Assembly (NCBI GenBank): GCA_048939445.1
Contig: JBHLPN010000002.1
Span: 1-44,100, forward strand
Reading direction: 5' to 3'
Origin: Promethearchaeota archaeon
Lineage (GTDB): Archaea; Asgardarchaeota; Lokiarchaeia; Sigyniarchaeales; SOKP01
Length of the DNA: 44,100 bases
In this document: positions 18,842 through 31,424 of the stretch, in pieces
How positions within the stretch are numbered: the stretch's first letter is position 1
How the letters are laid out: each line of letters begins with the position of its first letter
Translations under genes and position numbers: made by a program
The notes under the pieces: generated by a model
What the model was told of the DNA's origin: nothing
Database searches by the model: none
What the model saw: only the letters and a program-made list of their open reading frames with translations

Positions 18842-20827
18842 TTAGAATATGCAATCTCTTAAAGAAACTGCCCCTATCTTGGATTCATTTAGAATTTTTA
18901 GAAAGTTTTGTAATGGAAGTTCGTCTGCGTTTACTTTTTCCATAAATAGAGTACCTCCATCAATAATTGTTTGAAATTTTTGGAATAATGCGATTCTTTT
19001 ATTCATGGAAAGGTTTGATTCACTTCTTATTAATCTTGATGAGTATCCCTTTATTTTTCGGTTGTATTGTGTAAAACCATTATGCCAGGAATTTTGTAAA
19101 TAAGAATCATAATGAGGTTGACTCATAACAAAATTATCACCCTCAAGTTCATTTCTTTCCTCTATAATTTTTTTCATAAAAGATAAAATTCGTAAAGCAA
19201 AAGTTTCGCTATTTTCAGTTCTATCAAGTTCAATTCCACAATGATTTAGAACAGCTTCATTAAAACCAAAAAAACTAATTGATTTTAACGCATTTTTGAT
19301 TATATTCTTTGGATTACTGTCTAAAATCCGTGTAACTATGGAATTCCATTGATTAAGTGAGTTCAATTTCTTTTGCACAAATTCCTCCTTATAATCAAAC
19401 AATTTAAAAATCGACATCATTTTATCTAGCAATAAATCTAAAAATAAATCGTCATTTTGCCCTGCTTCAACTGATATCATGTGTAAATTAACAAGTATCT
19501 TGTCTAAAATGATTTGATCCTCATCAGGATTGGGTATTTGAATTATAATAGAATTAAGCAGATTTGAGTAGTTTTTATTGTACAGAATTACATTTTCTTT
19601 AAGATTATTGAAAATTTGGTTTTTTATATTTTTGTTTTCTGATTCTGAGGGAAACAGCTTTGAAAATTCGAATAATATAAGTGGTTGAATTTGATCTCCA
19701 CTCTGTTTTGCCAATGAATTAAGGAATTTTTCATCAATTAGATTCTGATTTGAAGATTCTTCAATTAATTTTTCATTATAATTAAAATCAAGAGTTAAAG
19801 AAGATTTTAGTCTATTAAAGTGATTATTAAATCTAAGGATTTGAGATATTAATAAGTGTAAGTCAAATGGCATTGCTTTCGGTAAAGAAAATAAAGAAAG
19901 AAATTGATTATTGAAATTCCCTAGAAGCAGATCTTCAGAAAAAAATTGTTTAGTAAGATATAAAAGATCTAAGAATTTTATAATCATTTCTGAATGATTT
20001 TCGATTTTTTTTATTTCATGCTTTAGATGGGTATCGTTCTTGAAAAGATAATCCACTAAAGTTTTTGTATTTATATATAGGCTTAAGGGTCTTAATGCCC
20101 AGTAATTTAAGTGCAGTAAAGTGATTTCTCCAGATAAATATAAATCAGCTAGATTCTTAGGGATGAGATTTAAAAGCAAAAATTGCTCAGATACGTCAGA
20201 ACCTAATTTTTCAATAAATATTTTAGGGGTTATTTTGCTACTATGGGAATTGAATAATTTAAATACTTCGAATGGAGGAGTTCCCAATCGAGTTAATTTG
20301 TGCCTTACCTCTTCTAAACCATTTTCCAATAAAATTGCATTTATATATTCTCTCATGAGTGGCGCAGTCATATATTCTATATTTGTTTTAGAGAGTCGCT
20401 CTTCTACTTCACGGGCAATTTGTCTAGCTAAATAACGCTCCAATTCACCTTCTTTAATTAAATATTCCTCAATTTTACTCGCATCAAAAAGTTCTTTAGA
20501 ATATTTTGATGTTCGGATCATCTTTGCTTGATTTTGCTTATTAAGAATTTGCTCAATAGATAAAATTTTATCTATAATTTGCTCGCCCAAAAATGTAATA
20601 GAATACCCTTCATCCGAGGAAAAAACTAAATCACTCTTCTTTAATGTGTTAAGATGAAAAGATAAATTCACAGAAGAGACATCATTACCAATGACCTCTT
20701 TTTGAAGCTTTGAGAATGATAAAGGTGTTTGAGCATTTTTTAACTTTTTTAGGAGATCAATCCTAACCTTCTGACCTAAAGTTTTTAACTGCTTTTCTAA
20801 AATATTCTGATTTTTGTCGGTATTCAC
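18842..20827 (-). CDS. wHTH (ArsR-like) + ATP-cone + NrdD-like domain protein. It lacks a recognisable glycyl-radical/Zn-ribbon C-terminus.
   Basis: 661 aa. The N-terminal wHTH is VRIDLLKKLKNAQTPLSFSKLQKEV..NLSFHLNTLKKSDLV. The ATP-cone is IRTSKYSKELFDASKIEEYL...TAPLMREYINAILLENG. The later segments LYLSGEITLLHLNYW, FFGFNEAVLNHCG and IIDGGTLF resemble class III RNR (NrdD) blocks, but the protein ends at ..SLRDCIF without RxxGY or CxxC pairs. Confidence 0.6.
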   Translation of the reverse strand: MNTDKNQNILEKQLKTLGQKVRIDLLKKLKNAQTPLSFSKLQKEVIGNDVSSVNLSFHLNTLKKSDLVFSSDEGYSITFLGEQIIDKILSIEQILNKQNQAKMIRTSKYSKELFDASKIEEYLIKEGELERYLARQIAREVEERLSKTNIEYMTAPLMREYINAILLENGLEEVRHKLTRLGTPPFEVFKLFNSHSSKITPKIFIEKLGSDVSEQFLLLNLIPKNLADLYLSGEITLLHLNYWALRPLSLYINTKTLVDYLFKNDTHLKHEIKKIENHSEMIIKFLDLLYLTKQFFSEDLLLGNFNNQFLSLFSLPKAMPFDLHLLISQILRFNNHFNRLKSSLTLDFNYNEKLIEESSNQNLIDEKFLNSLAKQSGDQIQPLILFEFSKLFPSESENKNIKNQIFNNLKENVILYNKNYSNLLNSIIIQIPNPDEDQIILDKILVNLHMISVEAGQNDDLFLDLLLDKMMSIFKLFDYKEEFVQKKLNSLNQWNSIVTRILDSNPKNIIKNALKSISFFGFNEAVLNHCGIELDRTENSETFALRILSFMKKIIEERNELEGDNFVMSQPHYDSYLQNSWHNGFTQYNRKIKGYSSRLIRSESNLSMNKRIALFQKFQTIIDGGTLFMEKVNADELPLQNFLKILNESKIGAVSLRDCIF

Positions 20828-21177
20828 TTTATTTATTGAACCTGTTCTGTTTCTTTAATTCTGTTTAACTAAATAATATTACTTTCAAATATATAAAAAT
20901 TTAGAAATTTTTCATGCATATAATGGCTACAGATAATATATAGGTGATATGAATCACAAATTCAAGAGTTTTAACCTTATAGTGAAATTAAATTATATTT
21001 AGAAGAATTATTTTTTATTAAATCCACAAACCATATAAAAATTGGTCTACTTAATTGTTATATTTCTCTTAATTACAAAAATTGAACTAGGTATATTTTT
21101 AATATATTTCCATAACTATTATGGGTAAGTTAAAAAAAAAAAACTAAATTCTGATAACCAATTATAGTGGTTATTTT

Positions 21178-21855
21178 ATGAGTATTAACTGGAATGAATT
21201 TAGAAAAAAGCTCAGTATAGGTACTATAGCTTTTTGGATTATTTTCGGGATTACAACTATTGTAATGATAGCTCTTATTTTAGGTAAGGTTTTTCCACCA
21301 AGTGACTATTGGATCCCTATGATTCCTATTGGAACTTTGCTAGTAATAGCTATTGCAGCTACAATTGTGGATATTAAATCTGAAAGAAAAATTAGGTTAG
21401 GCATTATTGGATTATGGACAATATTTGGAATTACACTAGTTGTATTCGCAGCTTTAATGATAGGAAACGTTTTTCAACTTGATGAATTTTGGATTCCTAT
21501 GATGGTAATTGGTACGTTATTTATTTTAACAATAGTCCCGACAATTTTAGAGTACACTGCCGGAGAAGTAAAATTTTGTCCTAAATGTGGAAAAATTCTC
21601 GAAAGAAAAGGGAATTTTTGCCATGAGTGTGGTATAAGAATTCTTATGACTTGCCCTTCTTGTGGAATGAAAATCAAAGGAAATCCCAAATTTTGCGTTA
21701 AGTGTGGAATAAATTTAAGCGAATTTGAACATGTTCAAATTCCTTCAACTCAAAAAAAATTTAGAACTGAAGGATATACAAAACTATGTAAACAATGTGG
21801 AGGTCCCCTTAAAGCTGAAGCGAAATATTGTATATTCTGTGGGGCTCCTCAATAA
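21178..21855 (+). CDS. Membrane protein with duplicated 2-TM module and three C-terminal zinc ribbons
   Basis: 225 aa. Internal repeat GTIAFWIIFGITTIVMIALILGKVFPPSDYWIPMIPIGTL / GIIGLWTIFGITLVVFAALMIGNVFQLDEFWIPMMVIGTL. Zinc ribbons CPKCG..FCHECG, CPSCG..FCVKCG, CKQCG..YCIFCG. Confidence 0.6.
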   Translation: MSINWNEFRKKLSIGTIAFWIIFGITTIVMIALILGKVFPPSDYWIPMIPIGTLLVIAIAATIVDIKSERKIRLGIIGLWTIFGITLVVFAALMIGNVFQLDEFWIPMMVIGTLFILTIVPTILEYTAGEVKFCPKCGKILERKGNFCHECGIRILMTCPSCGMKIKGNPKFCVKCGINLSEFEHVQIPSTQKKFRTEGYTKLCKQCGGPLKAEAKYCIFCGAPQ

Positions 21856-21896
21856 ATTAAACTCTTTTATTTTTTTCCTAAAGTAAATTGTTAGAA

Positions 21897-22514
21897 TTAT
21901 CTAGCAGAAACAGCAATTCTTTCAATTTCATCCTTTCGCTTTACAGCCCTAGATTCTTGGCTATTATTCGCAGCTAAGATTAGTTCTTGAGCTAGATTTT
22001 CTTCAAACTGTTTAACATTAGAATGAGATCGAGCCCCTATTGCTTGAACAATGTACTTGATTGCAAGGTCAATTCGGCGCTGTGGTGCGATATCTACTGC
22101 TGACGCATAGGAAATGCCTCCCATTGCAATTTTCGTCGTTTCCTCTCGAGGCGCAGTGTTAACTATTGCATCTATTAAAATTTGTATAGGGTTTTGTTCA
22201 GTGAGCAATTCGATTAAAGTGAAGGCGTTTTCTAAACTCTTTAGAAGTTTACTTTTTTTACCAGAATTGTAAGAACTTTTATGACCCTTAATTTTACCTC
22301 CAATAAAGCCGGGAGAAAGTAATCTATTATTAAATCTTTCAATTATTGAAACTTTCGAGGATTTCCAGAATCTTTTATGCTCATGTCTCCCTGCTGAATG
22401 AGGTACAATAATAGGTTTTAAATTTATATAATTCTCAAGTGTTCTTTCATTAACTTGAATATCTGCAAAAGACCACTTATTAAATAGTTTAATATCTTTC
22501 TTAGTTTTGCTCAT
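21897..22514 (-). CDS. rps7: Ribosomal protein S7 (uS7)
   Basis: 205 aa, canonical archaeal uS7 (IIERFNNRLL, NPIQILIDAIVNTAPREE, RRIDLAIKYIVQ). Confidence 0.95.
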   Translation of the reverse strand: MSKTKKDIKLFNKWSFADIQVNERTLENYINLKPIIVPHSAGRHEHKRFWKSSKVSIIERFNNRLLSPGFIGGKIKGHKSSYNSGKKSKLLKSLENAFTLIELLTEQNPIQILIDAIVNTAPREETTKIAMGGISYASAVDIAPQRRIDLAIKYIVQAIGARSHSNVKQFEENLAQELILAANNSQESRAVKRKDEIERIAVSAR

Positions 22515-22532
22515 AATTATTTACCTCAACGA

Positions 22533-22973
22533 TTATCTCAAAGGTTTTTCTTTCTTACCTTGAAGTAATGCTTCTAAACTAACACCATTTACTTTTACTA
22601 CCTTATATCGGACTCCAGGAAGATCTCCAATTGATCGTCCCTTTGCTCCTCCGATTCCTTCAACAATTACTCGATCGTGCTCTTCTATGAAATTAAGTGC
22701 GCCATCTCCTGGGAGGAAAGCTGTTACCCCTTTTCCGTTCTTTTTCAATTGGACACGTACGCACTTTCTTATCGCTGAGTTTGGTTGTTTACTCTCTCGA
22801 CCAACTTTTTGTAGAACAATTCCAAGAGCTTGACATGATCCTTCCAAAGGATCTACTTTCTTCTTTAATTGAAGTTTTCTTCTTTTATATTTTGTTTTAG
22901 ACCATCGAAACTTCTTTCGATTAATTTTCAGCTTTCTTGCTGCATATAATCCTTTAGGAGGTATTAATAACAC
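22533..22973 (-). CDS. rps12: Ribosomal protein S12 (uS12)
   Basis: 146 aa. [30 protein letters not shown]...[18 protein letters not shown]. Confidence 0.95.
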   Translation of the reverse strand: MLLIPPKGLYAARKLKINRKKFRWSKTKYKRRKLQLKKKVDPLEGSCQALGIVLQKVGRESKQPNSAIRKCVRVQLKKNGKGVTAFLPGDGALNFIEEHDRVIVEGIGGAKGRSIGDLPGVRYKVVKVNGVSLEALLQGKKEKPLR

Positions 22974-23066
22974 CTGGTACTTATTTTTTAACTTTAGTAG
23001 TAGAAAAAATGTTTCCCTAAACTTAAAATTTATGTAAATAATGAAAAATTACTGATTTTAGATAAT

Positions 23067-24167
23067 TTATTCTACTCGCAGATCAAGACTTTTTATAGCA
23101 TTAAAACAAATATCAATACAACCATTAAGATTCTCAGTAGAGCACAAATCAGGAATATCTTTTTTAGAATGTATATATTTTGAATCCTTTTTTGATAAAA
23201 AACAGGTAATTTGAAAATCCTTTTTTTCTGCTTTTTTAGCAAATGCGCGTAAAACTAAATGATCACTTCCAGAACCAAATGACATTTTTGTTTTCTCAGA
23301 AGGGATTTTCTGTTGAGTATCAGATGCTTTTAAAACATCATTCAGATTTTCATTTAATTTCTTCTTCTTAATTAATCCTATTTCATCAATTAAACCAATA
23401 TAAGTCCCTACCATGTCTATATTAATGTTATATGATTTATTCAAATCATAATCACGATCTAATTCTTCAAAATGTTTAGAACAATATTGTTTTGAACCCC
23501 AAAGACCCATTTCTTCGGCTCCAACCCATAGGAAGACTACATCTGTCTTTTGTAGTGGGTATTTTTTAACTAGTTTAGCCAGTTCTAAAAGAATTGCAAC
23601 TCCTGAAGCGTTATCAATTGAACCAATAGATTGATTAGTTCTTCTATTGAATAACGTAATCAAAAGTTCTATCATAATGACGATACCGATAATCAGGGAT
23701 ATTGTTCTTATTACTAGATACACAATATTAATTGAAACTACTGCAAAAATAGCAATGATAGACCATATCGAAAGAAATATATTTATAATTATATAAGAAA
23801 GAAGAAGGAAAACAGCAGAAAGAAGTAAAAACCTTAGAAATTTCGTAGGAAAGAGCGATGAGACAGAATCATGATGAGCTGAAAAAATAATGACAGGACG
23901 ATTTGGATATAAATTTTTTGCCTGTACAGTTGTTATAACATTTTTTGATGCTCTCTTCTTACCAATGTATGAAATCCTTGAATGATCGAATAATATTTTT
24001 CCACTAAATAATAACAATAAGATAAAAAGGCTATCAAGAACAAGAATTAACCATGTAATAACTGGATATAACAAAAAAACTTCACAAATTAACACAAAAA
24101 GAAAGATACTAAAAAAAAATAAATTCCTTAATTTTGTTAGCGTTTTACTCCATTTAAAAGATTCCAA
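23067..24167 (-). CDS. M28-family metallopeptidase with TM segments inserted inside the catalytic domain. The homologous N-terminus continues in frame to 24314.
   Basis: Metal/catalytic motifs are in order: SAHHDS, SIDNASGVAILLE, GAEEMGLWGS, NIDMVG, GSDH. About 2 TM lie before and about 3 TM after the HxD motif. The track start is TTG. The 49 upstream in-frame codons (FSTLKLYDEEAAFNHVKALGFKRHAGTDGETKTINYILKELDKASINPK) look like a genuine M28 N-terminus. Confidence 0.75.
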   Translation of the reverse strand: MESFKWSKTLTKLRNLFFFSIFLFVLICEVFLLYPVITWLILVLDSLFILLLLFSGKILFDHSRISYIGKKRASKNVITTVQAKNLYPNRPVIIFSAHHDSVSSLFPTKFLRFLLLSAVFLLLSYIIINIFLSIWSIIAIFAVVSINIVYLVIRTISLIIGIVIMIELLITLFNRRTNQSIGSIDNASGVAILLELAKLVKKYPLQKTDVVFLWVGAEEMGLWGSKQYCSKHFEELDRDYDLNKSYNINIDMVGTYIGLIDEIGLIKKKKLNENLNDVLKASDTQQKIPSEKTKMSFGSGSDHLVLRAFAKKAEKKDFQITCFLSKKDSKYIHSKKDIPDLCSTENLNGCIDICFNAIKSLDLRVE

Positions 24168-24387
24168 TTTAGGATTAATACTTGCCTTATCTAATTCCTT
24201 TAGTATATAATTTATGGTCTTTGTTTCTCCATCGGTTCCTGCATGACGTTTGAAACCTAATGCTTTAACGTGGTTAAAAGCAGCTTCTTCATCATATAGC
24301 TTTAAAGTCGAAAACTAAATCACTTTAATGGTTTATTATATATTTTAATTAAATATTGTATAAGATTAGAATTAAAAAAAGAGAATA

Positions 24388-24864
24388 CTATATATTTTTA
24401 GTATTAATGATTACATTGTCAACCTCAAAATACCTTAAAACCAATTCTTTGATTTTTCGTATCATAGAGCCGTCTTTACCAATTGCTTTTCCGCGATCTT
24501 GAGGTCGCACAGTTATTATCACAGTTTTTTTCTGAGTTCTGCTTTCTTTAATTTCAATATTTTGAACTTTTATTAAATTTTTAGTAGTTTGTAAGATATT
24601 CTGTATGAATTGGTTTAGATTCTCAGAGAAAGCAATGACATCTATCTTTTTTTGAAGTTTTGATTTTAAATCTTTAACGTGTTCACCAGCTTTCCCGATT
24701 GCTTTTCCAACATCTTCCTCTTTTACCAAAAATATAATAACTTCGGTACTGTTTTCGGGAGACTTAAAAATAAGACAATCCTTAATTATAGCGCCAGAGA
24801 TGTTGTTAAATAGCGAAATAAGTTCCATTGCTTCCCGATCAATTTTAATATTCTTTTTTAGCAT
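24388..24864 (-). CDS. nusA: Archaeal NusA-like transcription termination/elongation factor (two KH domains)
   Basis: 158 aa. KH GxxG motifs GKAIGKAGEHVK and GKAIGKDGSMIRK. Conserved position after L30e. Confidence 0.85.
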   Translation of the reverse strand: MLKKNIKIDREAMELISLFNNISGAIIKDCLIFKSPENSTEVIIFLVKEEDVGKAIGKAGEHVKDLKSKLQKKIDVIAFSENLNQFIQNILQTTKNLIKVQNIEIKESRTQKKTVIITVRPQDRGKAIGKDGSMIRKIKELVLRYFEVDNVIINTKNI

Positions 24865-24886
24865 GAAATAAACTTATTAATTGTTA

Positions 24887-25267
24887 TTAAGTTCTTTTAG
24901 TTTTTAATGAGATTAAATCTGAATCTCCAAAATCAATTACACCTATAATAGAGATCATATAAGGTTTAGCACAAGCTAATCCTAAATCCCAACTTGAACC
25001 TTTGTATTTATAGATAAAGATTTTGTCTTTTAAAAGAGAATTATAATTATTTAACTGAGTTATCAATTCTCTAGGGCAATTATTGCTTACTATAAGCATT
25101 TTATAACGATTTTCTTTCTGAAGGTTTTTAATTACTTGATTTTTACCATATACAATTTTACCTGTTTTATATGCAACTTTGATATTGGTATCTACATCAA
25201 ATTCTTTAGTTTTTTTCCTACTAAGATCAACTTTATCAACGGCTGTTTTACTCTTTCTCTTTACCAT
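24887..25267 (-). CDS. rpl30e: Ribosomal protein L30e (with short Lys-rich N-terminal extension)
   Basis: 126 aa. AYKTGKIVYGKNQVIKNLQ...MLIVSNNCPRE...YKGSSWDLGLACAKPY fits eL30. Confidence 0.85.
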   Translation of the reverse strand: MVKRKSKTAVDKVDLSRKKTKEFDVDTNIKVAYKTGKIVYGKNQVIKNLQKENRYKMLIVSNNCPRELITQLNNYNSLLKDKIFIYKYKGSSWDLGLACAKPYMISIIGVIDFGDSDLISLKTKRT

Positions 25268-25369
25268 GGTTTATTCAATCAGTTTATATATATTAAGTAA
25301 TAAGTATAATACTTTTTTAATTTTTTTTAGGCACGTTAAAGTTATTTAATCTTAATTAAAAGTTTTCGG

Positions 25370-26575
25370 TTAACTGAGTCTTTTTTTCTTCTTTTTTAGC
25401 AATTCTAAATTAGCATCCAAATCGAACATTACATTAACACGACCTGAGCCAATCGGGCTAATCTGGCCCACAATCACGTTTTCTGGTATCCCTAGTAAGC
25501 GTTCTTCTTCTCCATATAATCCAGCATCAAGTAATTGATTAACTGTAACTTCAAACGCTGCTCGAGCGAATACACTTGATTTTGAACCTGATATCCCGTG
25601 TCTTCCAATAGATTGAATCGATCCTGAATAGCACATCAAATCAGCCAAAATTAAGAGATGTCTTAAATCTACATCTAATCCTTGTTGCTCAAGAACTTTT
25701 TGAGATTCTAAAATTATCATTTGACGTGCTGCTTCGATACCATAAAGTTTTTCTATTTCATGAATATGATTTGACACGGTTCTAGTTACGTCAACTCCTT
25801 CTATTTGAATAACACTTTGCATATTAGTACCTTCGGTTTTAATTATCCATTCTTTATTATCATCTGAGGGTGTTAACAAACCTCTCTTAACGCCTCTTAT
25901 TCCTTTTACAACTTTTTTAAGGATCTTTTCCCTTAATTTTTGTAAACTTTGGAGATCTTCTATACCTGGATCGATAATAATAGAATTGCCTTCGCGTTTT
26001 ATTGTTCCTTTTTTCTTATAACGCTTCAAAATTTCTGGAATTTCATCAATATCAATCCCCTTTTTTTCACAAATTTCTGGGATTAAGTTAATAACAATGC
26101 TCCAATTCACAAAATCTAAGTCCACATCATGAATAATTTGCTCTATGCGTATTTGTTCAATTCTATTATGTACTTCAATAGCTTTTTCTTCAGAATCCGC
26201 ATACGGTTTTTCAAGAAATACAGACATTTGTGGTGTACTTGGAAAACGGCGTGCATCTACAATTTCAATTAATCTAGGTAACCCTTGAGTGACACTAAAT
26301 TCTTCAACCCCAGCATAATGAAATGTTCGTAATGTCATTTGGGTTCCTGGCTCACCAATAGATTGCGCAGCAACGGTACCTACAGGTTCTGAGGTTTCTA
26401 CGATAGCATTATTAAAATTGATAAATATTTTATTTAAAAGATATTCTAGTTGTTCCTTTTCTAAATCTTCATTTAATACTTTTTTCCTTATTCTATCTAT
26501 TAAATCTTCAGGTATGCCATCTTCTTTTAAAGCCTCTAGTTGTTCATCTAAAAATTTTTGAGTTACTTTTGCCAT
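25370..26575 (-). CDS. rpoA2: DNA-directed RNA polymerase subunit A''
   Basis: 401 aa. [26 protein letters not shown] and [12 protein letters not shown] motifs. Confidence 0.95.
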   Translation of the reverse strand: MAKVTQKFLDEQLEALKEDGIPEDLIDRIRKKVLNEDLEKEQLEYLLNKIFINFNNAIVETSEPVGTVAAQSIGEPGTQMTLRTFHYAGVEEFSVTQGLPRLIEIVDARRFPSTPQMSVFLEKPYADSEEKAIEVHNRIEQIRIEQIIHDVDLDFVNWSIVINLIPEICEKKGIDIDEIPEILKRYKKKGTIKREGNSIIIDPGIEDLQSLQKLREKILKKVVKGIRGVKRGLLTPSDDNKEWIIKTEGTNMQSVIQIEGVDVTRTVSNHIHEIEKLYGIEAARQMIILESQKVLEQQGLDVDLRHLLILADLMCYSGSIQSIGRHGISGSKSSVFARAAFEVTVNQLLDAGLYGEEERLLGIPENVIVGQISPIGSGRVNVMFDLDANLELLKKKKKRLS

Positions 26576-26611
26576 AATAATCTTCCTTTCCTTCTAGTAA
26601 ATTTTTTTATA

Positions 26612-29533
<2,922 letters not shown>

Positions 29534-29791
29534 AAGCTAAATACCTCCAAAATATTACTTTTATAAATAAACTGTGAAGAAGAAACACAATTCATAGGAG
29601 AAAACATCCTCTATAATGGTTATAGAACATAATTATTAAAAAATAAGAATACGAGTCTTCCACTGTACATAAAGAAAGATAGCAAATATTAAAAATTTTA
29701 CTGTTTTGTGCTTTTTATTCTAATAGAGCTATTTTAAAATCATTATTTATTTAGAAGAGTTTAATTCTTTGAAATATTTAGATATTTAATA

Positions 29792-30400
29792 ATGAAACTT
29801 TATGAAGTATTTAGAAATAGATTTGTACTTTTTATAATTCAAACACTAATTTTAAATTTAATTATATTTTGTTTTGGTTATCAAATCAATCTTAATTTAG
29901 ATATAGGGATAGCAATCGAGCAAAAAGTAATAATACAATTTTTAGCCAACTATATTTTATTTGATATATTACCTAGTTTATTATTCATTTATTTGATTTG
30001 GATTTTAGTTTCATTAATACCAATTTTTATTTATAATGATTTCAAAAAATCATATTCAATGAATTTAATAACATTTTTCTTTCCTAATTTCTTTCTTTAT
30101 GTATTTTTATCAAGATATTCTCCAGTTTATTTTAATTCTCATTTTCCATTCCATTTCATTCATACTATTCTTCTCGGAATTGTAATCATTAGTCTTTCAA
30201 TTGGTCTTTCATTAGCAAAAAAAAAAATTTTAAGATATAAAGTTAGAGCTCAAATCGAAGATTTGCAATTTATTGCTAATCAGAATAAATTAGTTTGTCC
30301 AAATTGCGGTGCCAATTTTAGTTCTCTCCCAAAATTTTGTTATAGATGCAACACAGATTTAACAGGAATAATTGAAGATAAAGGGGAAGAGGAAAACTAA
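29792..30400 (+). CDS. Multi-TM membrane protein with C-terminal zinc ribbon
   Basis: 202 aa, about 5 hydrophobic segments, then CPNCG..FCYRCN. Confidence 0.5.
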   Translation: MKLYEVFRNRFVLFIIQTLILNLIIFCFGYQINLNLDIGIAIEQKVIIQFLANYILFDILPSLLFIYLIWILVSLIPIFIYNDFKKSYSMNLITFFFPNFFLYVFLSRYSPVYFNSHFPFHFIHTILLGIVIISLSIGLSLAKKKILRYKVRAQIEDLQFIANQNKLVCPNCGANFSSLPKFCYRCNTDLTGIIEDKGEEEN

Positions 30401-30441
30401 CAATACAAAACAATTTATGTATTCTTTAATTTTCAAATTCA

Positions 30442-31422
30442 ATGTTAGGAGAATTTATTGCAATTCTAGCAGTTTTAACATTTGTTGGATCTAATGTTAT
30501 GTTTCGCAAGACAGAGCATGAAGTTAGCCCAACTTTTATCAATTTTTTTAGAACATTTATAGGTACGTTAACATTCATTCTTCTAGTTTTGTTTTTAAAT
30601 CAGTTAAATCTTATTTTTATAATCCCCTGGCAATTATGGATGCTATTAATTTTAAGCTTTGTTTTTGGTCAAGTGATTGGAGACACAGCATATTTTACTG
30701 CTCAAAAAGAATTAGGAACTACGATAGCTCTTGCTATTTCAATGACATTTCCTCTATTTACCTTCATTTTATCCTTAATCTTTCTAAATCAAGCATTTAA
30801 ACTCAATTTGATTTTATCTCTAATCTTGATTGGAATTGGAATAACTATTATTGGAAAATCTAAAATAGATTCTGAGAATTCTAAACGTGAGAAGATTCAT
30901 ATCTCAAATCATTCTATAAAAAATAGATTGAGAGAAATTTTGAGAAAAGATTATATTAAAGCAATAGGTTTTTGTTTTGGTGCTTCTCTCGGGTGGGCTA
31001 TTGGTGCTGTTTTAATTGAGCTCGCAACTGATCAAATTGATCAAATTACTCACATTGAAGAACTAAGCTCTGTTATAGGAAATGTAATTAGATTTCCGTT
31101 TGCACTATTGATTTTGGGGACAATGGTGTGGAGAGAAAATTATTTGATGAAAAAAAATAATAATATGCAGAAAAAAACAGCTCGATCATGGATTGTCTTA
31201 ATAGTTGCTTCAATAATAGGCACTTCTTTAGGCGCATATTTATATACAGAATCCGTACATCTAGCAGGGGCAAATATTGTTTCCTTAATTGCAAGTACGA
31301 GCCCATTATTTGCCCTTCCACTTACATATTTAGTAAATAAAGAAAAAATCACTAAGTTTGGTTTTATTGGTGTAATCTTAACAATTTTGGGTGTAATAGT
31401 TATTCTTATCGAAACTAGATAA
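30442..31422 (+). CDS. EamA/DMT-family transporter (10 TM)
   Basis: 326 aa. Two EamA-like halves (GDTAYFTAQKELGTTIAL... and ...YTESVHLAGANIVSLIASTSPLFALPL). Confidence 0.75.
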   Translation: MLGEFIAILAVLTFVGSNVMFRKTEHEVSPTFINFFRTFIGTLTFILLVLFLNQLNLIFIIPWQLWMLLILSFVFGQVIGDTAYFTAQKELGTTIALAISMTFPLFTFILSLIFLNQAFKLNLILSLILIGIGITIIGKSKIDSENSKREKIHISNHSIKNRLREILRKDYIKAIGFCFGASLGWAIGAVLIELATDQIDQITHIEELSSVIGNVIRFPFALLILGTMVWRENYLMKKNNNMQKKTARSWIVLIVASIIGTSLGAYLYTESVHLAGANIVSLIASTSPLFALPLTYLVNKEKITKFGFIGVILTILGVIVILIETR

Positions 31423-31424
31423 TA

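Noticed and set aside
21154-21174. 7-bp hairpin ATAACCA-(7 nt)-TGGTTAT ending 3 nt before the ATG of the zinc-ribbon membrane gene, considered as a translational control element.
   Set aside because: The stem is short and weak, with no recognisable riboswitch or thermosensor context. It could arise by chance.
24315-24317. In-frame TAG two codons after a GTG at the head of the M28 peptidase gene, considered as a pyrrolysine codon.
   Set aside because: Pyl is essentially confined to methylamine methyltransferases and a few other contexts. Position 3 of a peptidase has no functional rationale, and no pyl genes are in the window. A mutation, sequencing error or atypical start is far more likely. 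It is kept only as an annotation problem in the findings.
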